From the IMG/VR virus record IMGVR_UViG_3300028608_000007, positions 116,544 to 180,543 of that record: a stretch of 64,000 bases of DNA. One strand, written 5' to 3'. This document shows, in pieces, positions 29,538 to 37,709 of the stretch (its first letter is position 1; each line of letters opens with the position of its first letter). The translations under genes were made by a program, and so were the position numbers. A model generated the notes under the pieces. It worked only from the letters and a program-made list of their open reading frames with translations, was not told the origin of the DNA and searched no databases. Source of the DNA: a virus.

Positions 29538-29561
29538 TCCCAAAATCACAGGAAGAACAAC

Positions 29562-30056
29562 ATGTCCACCAAGATGACGATCGATTACGATACGATCATG
29601 CAGGGGCTTGAGAAAGCTGTTGAAGAACGTCGTGTACAAGCAGAGTGGGCTCGCGCAGAAGGCGTGACTCTGCTGAAAGATTTCCGCACCGTGGGACTGA
29701 TCGTACCTCGTCAGTCGGGTCGGACCTACTGTGCACTGCGCCGTCTGGTCTCCAACGAACGTGCAATCATGATTGTCCACAACGAATCCATTCGTGACGT
29801 CATGGCCAGCAACTACACGCACCACTGCGGTAAGGAGATGCCTCGCTCTACCGTAGCGCGCATCTACACCACTAAGGAAGTGCAGAAGGCTATCAAAGCC
29901 GTACAGAATGGCCAGCAGGATATCCTGCTCGCTAACGCTAACGAGACCATCGTTGACGACGCCCTGTACTTCTTCGAGAACGTTCGCCGTAACCAGTTCT
30001 ACAAGTGGCTCCACGATCGCGTTGGTGACGAGCAGTTAATCGTCCTGTTGAGCTAA
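29562..30056 (+). CDS. Hypothetical protein with a terminase-like degenerate P-loop (PRQSGRT)
   Basis: Start at ATG 29562 (SD AGGA); GLIVPRQSGRTY; later TIVDDA. Confidence 0.55.
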   Translation: MSTKMTIDYDTIMQGLEKAVEERRVQAEWARAEGVTLLKDFRTVGLIVPRQSGRTYCALRRLVSNERAIMIVHNESIRDVMASNYTHHCGKEMPRSTVARIYTTKEVQKAIKAVQNGQQDILLANANETIVDDALYFFENVRRNQFYKWLHDRVGDEQLIVLLS

Positions 30057-30093
30057 AAAAAAAGCAGGGGATGCGGCCCCTGCTTTTATGCCC
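30055..30093. terminator. Bidirectional intrinsic terminator
   Basis: A9-GCAGGGG-ATGCGG-CCCCTGC-TTTTATGCC. Confidence 0.85.
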
Positions 30094-30094
30094 A

Positions 30095-30454
30095 TTATAA
30101 ACGGGCACCGGCCTTTTTCAACGCTGCTGTTACCAGAGCGTTTTGCTTTTTGGTGTCTTCGGTCATGAGTTTAAGGAGAGTCGGGCTGGCTTTCACCAAG
30201 TCACTCATCTCAATCTCGAACCGACCATTCTTGCGGATATGCAAGATACCAAGCTGGTACCCGAATTCAATACTGGCGAATTCGATGAAGTCGCCTTCGT
30301 TACAGTAACTGATCGCCAACTGTAACATCCGAGGCAAGGCGGTATCGAAGTACGCGTAACGGCGAACGTCAATGACCTCTTTGGATTTACCGCGAATCAT
30401 GGTTGCAATGACGCGGCGGATGTGGACAGTTTTCTTTTGTTCCGAGGTAGCCAT
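30095..30454 (-). CDS. Hypothetical protein
   Basis: 119 aa with SD-like AGGAA. Confidence 0.65.
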   Translation of the reverse strand: MATSEQKKTVHIRRVIATMIRGKSKEVIDVRRYAYFDTALPRMLQLAISYCNEGDFIEFASIEFGYQLGILHIRKNGRFEIEMSDLVKASPTLLKLMTEDTKKQNALVTAALKKAGARL

Positions 30455-30493
30455 GAGGAGTTTCCTTCTTAGGATTTAAGTTAATGTGTCGCT

Positions 30494-31168
30494 TTACGAC
30501 AAACGCATGTTACGCTGTGCAATCTTCAAGATGTCTTCGTACGACTGAGCCGGACGGACGCGTTCCTTCATCGCCACCTTGAGATCACCAGTTTCTTTAT
30601 CCGCTTTCCAACCAGCCACGCTGTAGGTGTCAGTGCTGGAATGACGATCCCGATGGATAGCCATACGGAAAGCAAACAGCCAACCAATCTTGAAGGACTC
30701 GAGATAGGTTTGGAAGTACGGTGCACCAGAACCAATCGCTACAGGAAGTTCCTTCTGAGGGATCTCCCGCAACGACATCAACTTCTTGCGAGGACTAACA
30801 CTGAATCGGTAGACCTCGTGGTGTTCGGTAACGATCAAAGCTTGACCGTCAGGGATGTTGGTCCGTTCCATATTCACAGCGTTGAAAGCCTCAACGATGT
30901 ACTTAAGATCAGAACGTGCTGTCCAGATAGCTTTAATGAAGGACGTCATATTGGAAGACCCACAGGTCCCCATAAAGACAGCTTTGCGACCTTCAACCAA
31001 CCGGTGGTCCAGTTTGCTATCTTTATCCAGAAGAGTGATCTTCGTGGATTCCTCTTTACTACTGTGTCCCGTGGAACCACAGTCATTACAAGCGTAGCTG
31101 TTTGGGTTGATGTTCGTCGATCGCTTGTCGGCGTACATCGCGTGTCCATTGGTTGCAACTGTTGTCAC
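30494..31168 (-). CDS. HslV/proteasome-beta-like Ntn hydrolase
   Basis: N-terminal (M)TTVA, ADKRST, KI, AIGSGA, A..RD..S motifs; CNDC insertion. Confidence 0.6.
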   Translation of the reverse strand: MTTVATNGHAMYADKRSTNINPNSYACNDCGSTGHSSKEESTKITLLDKDSKLDHRLVEGRKAVFMGTCGSSNMTSFIKAIWTARSDLKYIVEAFNAVNMERTNIPDGQALIVTEHHEVYRFSVSPRKKLMSLREIPQKELPVAIGSGAPYFQTYLESFKIGWLFAFRMAIHRDRHSSTDTYSVAGWKADKETGDLKVAMKERVRPAQSYEDILKIAQRNMRLS

Positions 31169-31197
31169 GATTACTTCCTTCTGAGGATCTAATTAGT

Positions 31198-31227
31198 GGG
31201 GTCCCCCGAAAGGACCCCTTTATGACG
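31198..31227. terminator. Hairpin/terminator
   Basis: GGGGTCC-CCGAAA-GGACCCC-TTTATGACG on the plus strand. Confidence 0.6.
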
Positions 31228-31228
31228 C

Positions 31229-32299
31229 TTACTTCACTTCCGGGAAAGTTTCGCGGTAGCGCTTCATGTACATCGCGATCAAACCGGCCTTGATCTCAGT
31301 GCGCTTCTTGGCACCGATGCCGTCGAGGATGACCATGTATTCGTCGATAGTGCGTTCCAGAAGGGCTTCGTACTTGGCGTACATATCGACCTTCGGTTCA
31401 GGCACGTGTTTGGTGATGATCGCACCCAGCAGAACCATGGTGGCGTGACCCAGCTCGCTGGTATCAGCGTTCAGGATCGTTTGTAGCGCTTCGTTGATGT
31501 GCTGCGGTGCTGGCTTGAACTCGTCAGGCTGGTCAGCCGGTTTCGACTTCGGCAGATGGTAAGGCATCGGCCACATGGCGGTGACAGCCCAACCGTGCAT
31601 GTTGAACTCGCGGTAGAAGCGCAGTAGTTCGGTGTGGGTGTTAGCGCTACCCACCGCCCCCATGCCGATGATCATTGGCTTACCGTTGCCGTTCTTTCGA
31701 GTAACCCAGTAGATATCGCCGGACTCGGTCCACACCAACTGGTTGCCCCAGCGAAGATGCTTCTTACCAGTGGACTGACCACGGTAACGAGGACCACGAG
31801 GATCTTCTGTCCACTCCAGACCCATCAACATCTTGGGCTTGTGCAGCAGGCCCGCAGGGTCGGTGAAGAACTCGACGGCGTCGAAGACCTCACGAGCGTT
31901 ACTATAGAAGTGATCAACCACTTCGATAGCGGGCATGAACTCCAGCAGTTTGATGTTGGCGTGATCATAACGACCACCAGCCAGATCGCAGAACAGTCGG
32001 TCCAACGTAGATTGACCACCACGATCCTGATAGAGATTCAGGGCCATCGCATCGTCTTCGTTCATCTCGACTACTTGTAGTACGAAATCACGATCGTTCG
32101 GGTGGGCGATGAGATTGTTGTTGAGGGTGAGTGGAGCGTAGATTTCCTTGGAGAACAGGAAGATCTTCGGAACGTCGCGAATGGTGAAGATCGCAGCAGC
32201 AACGATGTTCAACACTTCGATGTTACGACCGTGTGGATCGATGATAACCTGGTTGCGGTCCGCGTGCAGTTTTTCGATAACTGGTTGGAGCAGAGACAT
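31229..32299 (-). CDS. Hypothetical early protein
   Basis: 356 aa; first gene after an early promoter; SD AGGA. Confidence 0.7.
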   Translation of the reverse strand: MSLLQPVIEKLHADRNQVIIDPHGRNIEVLNIVAAAIFTIRDVPKIFLFSKEIYAPLTLNNNLIAHPNDRDFVLQVVEMNEDDAMALNLYQDRGGQSTLDRLFCDLAGGRYDHANIKLLEFMPAIEVVDHFYSNAREVFDAVEFFTDPAGLLHKPKMLMGLEWTEDPRGPRYRGQSTGKKHLRWGNQLVWTESGDIYWVTRKNGNGKPMIIGMGAVGSANTHTELLRFYREFNMHGWAVTAMWPMPYHLPKSKPADQPDEFKPAPQHINEALQTILNADTSELGHATMVLLGAIITKHVPEPKVDMYAKYEALLERTIDEYMVILDGIGAKKRTEIKAGLIAMYMKRYRETFPEVK

Positions 32300-32372
32300 G
32301 CGACATCTTCCTTCTAAGGATTCATAGATAGCTTAGGTGTGTGAGAATAAACAACTGTTGTTCCTCACTCGG

Positions 32373-32390
32373 GTAATATGTATCTCAAAA
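32373..32390 (-). promoter_or_regulatory. phiKZ-type early promoter
   Basis: Minus strand TTTTGAGATACATATTAC. Confidence 0.8.
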
Positions 32391-32405
32391 AGGTTTCAAT
32401 CGACA

Positions 32406-32433
32406 GACGGCATAAAGGGCCCGAAGGCCCTCA
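32406..32433 (-). terminator. Intrinsic terminator
   Basis: Minus strand GAGGGCC-TTCG-GGCCC-TTTATGCCGTC. Confidence 0.75.
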
Positions 32434-32874
32434 GAACAAGAGAATGTCCACAGGAAGTTCGGTTTCAGCCAGACACTCCTGCACCAAAGGTTTGAAGACC
32501 TTGATGTAGTCGATCTGACCGTACCCACAACCCAGAGCAGGGATCGCCAGTTCGGTAATCCCCAACTCTTTATACCGCGCAACCAGATCCTTGAATCCAG
32601 CTTCGAGGTATTCTCTCTTGCTCGGCTTGGACCAATGCTGCTTCGTGGGAAACAACAAGACGCGGAAAGGACCGACGTCGTAAGTCACAAGCTTGCCTAC
32701 CGCTAAGTCACCTGAACGCAAAGCTGCTTGATAGAACTCAAGCAGCCCAGGAATCCTGATCTTGAACTGGAGCGCCAAACCATTGCCCAAAGTACCTGCG
32801 GTGTTCACAGGACAAGCAATGGTCTGGACCCCACACGAGAACAAGTCACCCTCGCCTTCGAAACGGATCATCAA
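32431..32874 (-). CDS. Macrodomain ADP-ribosylhydrolase (DarG/TARG1-like)
   Basis: GDLF, PVNT.G.LG.GLA.QFK, FPTKQHW..PS...Y...G, AIPALGCGYG. Confidence 0.85.
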   Translation of the reverse strand: MMIRFEGEGDLFSCGVQTIACPVNTAGTLGNGLALQFKIRIPGLLEFYQAALRSGDLAVGKLVTYDVGPFRVLLFPTKQHWSKPSKREYLEAGFKDLVARYKELGITELAIPALGCGYGQIDYIKVFKPLVQECLAETELPVDILLF

Positions 32875-33290
32875 GTCTTCCTCGTATTCTGATTCTGTTG
32901 TAACTGCCGGATCTGCTGTTCCGTAGGCAAGGTAGCCCGGTTAGCATCCTCAGCAGTGATTCGCAGGATCAGTCGATGGATTTCTCGAGGGAGACTCAAG
33001 AACTGATCGACCGTGTAACCCCAGCGCTTATAGATCTCGTTAACGTTGTACTGGTAGATCGCTCTGTAAAGACCACCGTACTCGTGGTAGTCTTCTTTAT
33101 CAAAGTGAGCTGCCAATGCCAACGGACGAGACTTATCATTGATGTGGTCGTAAATCCCATAATCAATGTCGTATGCGTCACGCAATACAAGTTGGGCGGA
33201 AATGCTATCGAGTTTACCCGTGGTTTCCAACAGGTGCTCGACTTGCCCTTTCATACCTACGCGTTGCAGTCCGAAGCCTGGCATGGCCAC
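32871..33290 (-). CDS. Putative tail-assembly-chaperone T-like / T4 gp51-like module; probably also the -1 frameshift extension of the upstream gene
   Basis: YTVDQFLSLPREI pattern; poor SD; in frame with the -1 frame of the upstream slippery site. Confidence 0.5.
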   Translation of the reverse strand: MAMPGFGLQRVGMKGQVEHLLETTGKLDSISAQLVLRDAYDIDYGIYDHINDKSRPLALAAHFDKEDYHEYGGLYRAIYQYNVNEIYKRWGYTVDQFLSLPREIHRLILRITAEDANRATLPTEQQIRQLQQNQNTRKT

Positions 33291-33325
33291 GTGTCGATCG
33301 TTGTGCTCTCGAATCTCTGGATCGA

Positions 33326-34876
33326 TTACAAGAGGGAGACTTTTGAAAGGACTTTGCTGATGCGTTGGGAGAGCAGGAAAAAAAACACTCGAGCCACGTC
33401 CAGAGGAATGACGTGCGGGTGCGCTTTGTGCTCAGCAGTCATCTGCGGGAAGTTACAGGCCGGGCAGTTGTGCCGTGGCAGACCAACCAGCGAGATGGTC
33501 GAGTCGTCGATGAACTTCCCGATTTCCTCGATGAACTTGTTGCGCAGTTCCTCGTTGGTCGAGAAGGTCGCCATCAGACCCTCAACGGTTTCACGGTCAG
33601 TGCCCAGTTGGACATCGCCGTTACCCATGTGCACTTCCTGCACCCAGTGGCCGTATTGACGCATGGTCGACAGGCGACCCTGGTTGCTGATGTAGCTGTC
33701 ACGCTCGTCGCCTTTCAGAGGCACTTGGAAAGCGCTCTCCATCATGTCGACGATACCACCGACCCAGGTGAAACCCGAGTCTTCGTACTGTTGCAGGTTC
33801 GGAACGCCGAGGGTGGCCGAAACCACTTCCGACAGTTCCACGCGGCGCTGACCACCACGGACGTGTTCGGACTCGTAACGCTTGATGTCGTCGTCGGTCA
33901 TGCGAGCTTTGCGCTGTTGCATGCGACGCTTCTGCCAAGCAGTCAGCGAGGACTTGTCGGTGTAGATCAGTTTGCCCAGGTCGAGCATTTCCTTGATCAC
34001 GTGCTTGCACGACGCGTCGGTGTTCACGCACGCCTGAGCGTACGGGTAGCCGTTCGGGTACATTGCCAGCGCCAGACCCCACAGGATGGTCGGGATGTCG
34101 GTGACCTTGATGATCGACTTGAGGTAGTCGATGTTCAGCTCTTTGGCGTTGGTTTCGAACACGTAGGTGAACGCGAAGTTCAGCAGGTAGTTAACCTGAT
34201 ACACCGAGGTGTTCGAGAACAGCAGACCGTTGGTGAAACGACCGAGGGTGATCTTGTCGTTGGCGATGCGACGCTCGAGTTCGAGGATCGCAGCTTCTGG
34301 CGGGTTCTTGAAGCTCAGCCAGATGCCGGTGTGCCACAGGGGTACAGAAACGATCGAACCCAAGCCGGTCATTGCAGCAGCGTAGATCTGCGCACGCTCA
34401 CCAGTCAGTGCACCACCGCTGGTATCGAAGCGCGGACGAGCAGCGCCCAGCTTCTGACCTTCGACTTCGATGAACTGAGCCCAGTCGGAGCCTTCACGGT
34501 TCATCGAAGCAGCCAGCGGGTTACCACGCATCAGGACGTTCTGACCCTTGCTCAGGGTTTGGGTCCACAGACGGGTAGTCGGGTCACCAGCAGCGTTGAT
34601 GTTCGGATAGTTGTCGATCAGAGCACCCAGATCGAAAGCGTCACCACCGAGCAGTTGCAGAGTGGCGTTCTCTGCTTCGTAGTCGATGTACTGGAGTTCC
34701 TTTTCAGTCGGTGCACGGCTGTGAGGAATTTCCTGGGTGACGTTCAGGTTGTGGGTCTTGGCCTGGTAGTCATGGCTCTGCGAGGTTGGGTCCAGGGAAG
34801 GCTTAACAGTGGACTCTACTGCTTGACCTTCTTCGGCCGGTAGATCTTGACCTTGACCGTCATCATTGATGGGCAT
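33326..34876 (-). CDS. Putative tail/baseplate assembly chaperone (T4 gp26-like) with C-terminal CxxC
   Basis: 516 aa with C residues (CVN...C, CPAC) typical of gp26/TAC zinc sites; strong codon bias; ends in a slippery T8 run. Confidence 0.5.
   Translation of the reverse strand: MPINDDGQGQDLPAEEGQAVESTVKPSLDPTSQSHDYQAKTHNLNVTQEIPHSRAPTEKELQYIDYEAENATLQLLGGDAFDLGALIDNYPNINAAGDPTTRLWTQTLSKGQNVLMRGNPLAASMNREGSDWAQFIEVEGQKLGAARPRFDTSGGALTGERAQIYAAAMTGLGSIVSVPLWHTGIWLSFKNPPEAAILELERRIANDKITLGRFTNGLLFSNTSVYQVNYLLNFAFTYVFETNAKELNIDYLKSIIKVTDIPTILWGLALAMYPNGYPYAQACVNTDASCKHVIKEMLDLGKLIYTDKSSLTAWQKRRMQQRKARMTDDDIKRYESEHVRGGQRRVELSEVVSATLGVPNLQQYEDSGFTWVGGIVDMMESAFQVPLKGDERDSYISNQGRLSTMRQYGHWVQEVHMGNGDVQLGTDRETVEGLMATFSTNEELRNKFIEEIGKFIDDSTISLVGLPRHNCPACNFPQMTAEHKAHPHVIPLDVARVFFFLLSQRISKVLSKVSLL
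33377..33383 (-). promoter_or_regulatory. Candidate -1 programmed ribosomal frameshift site T-TTT-TTC
   Basis: Codons GTG TTT TTT TTC; the -1 frame stays open for 30 codons into ORF 32871..33290. Confidence 0.65.
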
Positions 34877-34887
34877 GTAACAACTCC

Positions 34888-35400
34888 TTACAGCGAGGAC
34901 AGTTCAGGGGTTTGTACCGCAGCGGCCGGAGCAGCTTGGGCGGCGGCCACGACATCAGCAGGCTGGAAGAAGCCGGTGACGTTGAACGCAGCCGGGATCA
35001 CAACCAATTGATATGACGTGATCCATTCGCTGTACTCTTCTGCGATAGACAACACCGCCGCCAGCAGGTCATCTTGACCCAGAGTCGGGTTACCTTGCTG
35101 CGAACGCGCCAGCTCGGTATGTTTAGCGTGGATGACTTCCAGCTTGTTTTTGTAGGTGTGCATGTCGCGGTTCAGAACTTCAACCGCAGCCATCAGACCC
35201 TTCGGATCTTGCACGGCACGTTTGACCAGTTCTTTGTCACGAATCAGAATCAGTGCGTTGGACGGGCTGGTGCGCAGTGCGTTGCACTCGGCGAGCAGTT
35301 CATCCAGACCCATCCAGACGGAGAGGCCATCATTGTGGGCTTTGAGTTGAGCCACATTGTTCGGTCCGCGATAACGCGAACTCTGTTGGGGATTCGACAT
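34888..35400 (-). CDS. Conserved hypothetical helical protein
   Basis: Start moved to ATG 35400 (SD AGGA). Confidence 0.65.
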   Translation of the reverse strand: MSNPQQSSRYRGPNNVAQLKAHNDGLSVWMGLDELLAECNALRTSPSNALILIRDKELVKRAVQDPKGLMAAVEVLNRDMHTYKNKLEVIHAKHTELARSQQGNPTLGQDDLLAAVLSIAEEYSEWITSYQLVVIPAAFNVTGFFQPADVVAAAQAAPAAAVQTPELSSL

Positions 35401-35512
35401 TGCTTTCGATTTCCTGTGGTAAAAAGTTACGTGCCAGTGGACTGAATAAAAGAAAAGAGGCACTTTTCCTATAATTGGAAGTTGGTGTATTATTTAACAG
35501 ATAGGACAGTCT

Positions 35513-36367
35513 ATGACTATTGATGAACTAGAGGTCTACCTCGATCAGCACATCTCACCCGAGGCGACCGAGTCACTGGTTGACTGTGCTCGAGTGATGT
35601 GTGAATCCGGTTTGGTCACTCACTTAGATGACATCGAAGACATCATCGCAGTAGAAGATGGTGTAGGTCGTGATGCCACTGTGGCCAAGATCCGCAACTA
35701 TCTGGAAGACGCACTCGAGGCTTGCGTTAACCAGTTCGGTGTGACCCTGCAACAAGGGATCGACATCAACCTGCGTCACTTGACTGCTATGCAGCGCGGC
35801 ATCAACCAGATCACCAACTTCGAAGACATCGAGACCATCGAAGCTCACTGTCTGTCGGAAGAAGATCCTGAGCAGCGCTTGGCAGACATGTTGGAGTTGC
35901 TCACTGAATACACGTGGGCCGACTACTTGCTGTTTGTGAAAGAGGTGAGTCCAGCGCTGTTCAAACGTATCCTCGAGCAGATCACCAAACCTGACAGCCT
36001 GGAACAAATCGACAATTCGGACAACGCTATTCTGTTGCGCACCAAGTCGTTGTTGCTCAAGGTACAGAACCCATGGTTGATTGACGAGATCGAAGACGGG
36101 GCTACCTTAGGGTTACCGTTGGAGCCGTTGATCCTTCGCTTCCAAGCGCGTTACGAAGCGGCACTCGCTCAAACTATGGAGTGGAACCGTAAGCCTCAAC
36201 TGTTGGCTGAACAGTACCTGCTTTACGTGCTGGCGTCTAACGTACCAGACGACAAGTTACTGGAAGCGGCTCAGACCCAAGCAGAGAACGTGATCCACCA
36301 CATGCCTACCCTTACGGCTGTGTTGCGTCACTGTCAACAACTCTTAAGCCAGGTGCCCACTAAATGA
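35513..36367 (+). CDS. Conserved hypothetical protein upstream of the virion RNAP subunit
   Basis: 284 aa acidic helical protein coupled to the next gene. Confidence 0.7.
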   Translation: MTIDELEVYLDQHISPEATESLVDCARVMCESGLVTHLDDIEDIIAVEDGVGRDATVAKIRNYLEDALEACVNQFGVTLQQGIDINLRHLTAMQRGINQITNFEDIETIEAHCLSEEDPEQRLADMLELLTEYTWADYLLFVKEVSPALFKRILEQITKPDSLEQIDNSDNAILLRTKSLLLKVQNPWLIDEIEDGATLGLPLEPLILRFQARYEAALAQTMEWNRKPQLLAEQYLLYVLASNVPDDKLLEAAQTQAENVIHHMPTLTAVLRHCQQLLSQVPTK

Positions 36368-37677
36368 AAGTCGCCGATTACTACTTGGCCGCCTTGAATG
36401 CTGGCGCCTATAAAAAGAAGATCTGGGTGCTGAGTTTGTTCAGCCTGCTGATCGATCCGAAAGAGTACCGGTTTCCTTACGAGATCGTAAAGACTGACAA
36501 GAACGTGTTCTTCCGTAACCCAGAGAACTTAGATGATCTGGTGTTACTCGACGACGCACCTATTGAACGTCCAGTACTCACGTTCAAGGACAAGATCCAG
36601 ATCACCCCTGATCGTGTTCCGAACTTGGCTGCGCCGATCACTACCACAGCGGGCAACCTGCTGTTTAACTTCTACGTGTTGATCTACTCGATGGGTAAGA
36701 AGATTCCTTACCTCGAGGGTCGATTGACGCCGAAGGGTGTGGAGTCGTTGATCCAGCCGCGTCTGACGTCGAACCCTGTGAACAACGGGGAGAACTACGA
36801 CCCCAATGACCTGAACCCGATCTACGTTTCAGAGTACAAGAAGTTCAACCGTGCGATGTTTGCACTGATGGGCTTCACACAGCTCTGTGTGCCCTCTGCT
36901 ACGCCGCGGACGATGTCGACTGACCCTCGCATCCCTGAGATCCGAAACAAGCTGGTAGAGAAGTACAAGGACCGTCTGAACGATCCTGCTGTGATCTCGA
37001 TGATCGATGCTGAGTTGATCAAGATCGACAAACAGTGGATGGCTGAGGACCCGGACGGCGGTGACGGTTTCTACGTCAACCCGAACAAGTCTTACGACGT
37101 TGTGCGTAAGAAGGTCTTCCTGATGCACGGTGCAGAAGCTGGGTTCCAGGAAGGCACTGACGTTGACTTCATTAAGAACTCCCTGAACGAAGGCTGGGAG
37201 ATCGAGAAGCTTCCATCAATGGTCAACTCCCTGCGTGAAGGTTCGTACAACCGTGGTCGAGACACGGCACTCGGTGGGGAGGCTGTAAAGTTCCTGGGTC
37301 GCGTATTCCAGAACACGGTTATCGCTGAGAAGGACTGTGGGTCTACTCTGGGCTGGGACAAGGAAGTAACAGAAGACAACTACAAGGAGTTTGCTGGCTT
37401 CTACGAGAACACTCCACAAGGGGCGAAGCTCTTAGAAGAAGCTTACCTTAAAAGTAAGATCGGTAAAACTATCAACATGAGAACACCCATGTTGTGTAGG
37501 ACTCCGAAAACCGGCTTCTGCGAATGCTGTATGGGCGCAAAGAACGCCCTCAACCCAACCTCTCTCGGATTGTTGGCAGCAGACGTAGGTTCCCAGATGA
37601 TGGGTATCTTCATGGGCGCGATGCACGGTAAGTCTTTGAAGACCGCTAAATACGACTTCAAGAAGTCTATCTTCTGA
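36364..37677 (+). CDS. rpoC: Virion RNA polymerase beta' middle subunit (phiKZ gp80-like)
   Basis: Bridge-helix-like SLREGSYNRGRDTALGGE, DCGST, Zn site RTPMLC...FCECCMG. Confidence 0.8.
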   Translation: MKVADYYLAALNAGAYKKKIWVLSLFSLLIDPKEYRFPYEIVKTDKNVFFRNPENLDDLVLLDDAPIERPVLTFKDKIQITPDRVPNLAAPITTTAGNLLFNFYVLIYSMGKKIPYLEGRLTPKGVESLIQPRLTSNPVNNGENYDPNDLNPIYVSEYKKFNRAMFALMGFTQLCVPSATPRTMSTDPRIPEIRNKLVEKYKDRLNDPAVISMIDAELIKIDKQWMAEDPDGGDGFYVNPNKSYDVVRKKVFLMHGAEAGFQEGTDVDFIKNSLNEGWEIEKLPSMVNSLREGSYNRGRDTALGGEAVKFLGRVFQNTVIAEKDCGSTLGWDKEVTEDNYKEFAGFYENTPQGAKLLEEAYLKSKIGKTINMRTPMLCRTPKTGFCECCMGAKNALNPTSLGLLAADVGSQMMGIFMGAMHGKSLKTAKYDFKKSIF

Positions 37678-37709
37678 AGCAGTTCATTCTCAATACGGAG
37701 ACAGTCCCA

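Noticed and set aside
29445-29561. Upstream GTG extension of the 29445..30056 ORF
   Set aside because: No SD, and it overlaps the structured RNA; ATG 29562 has an SD
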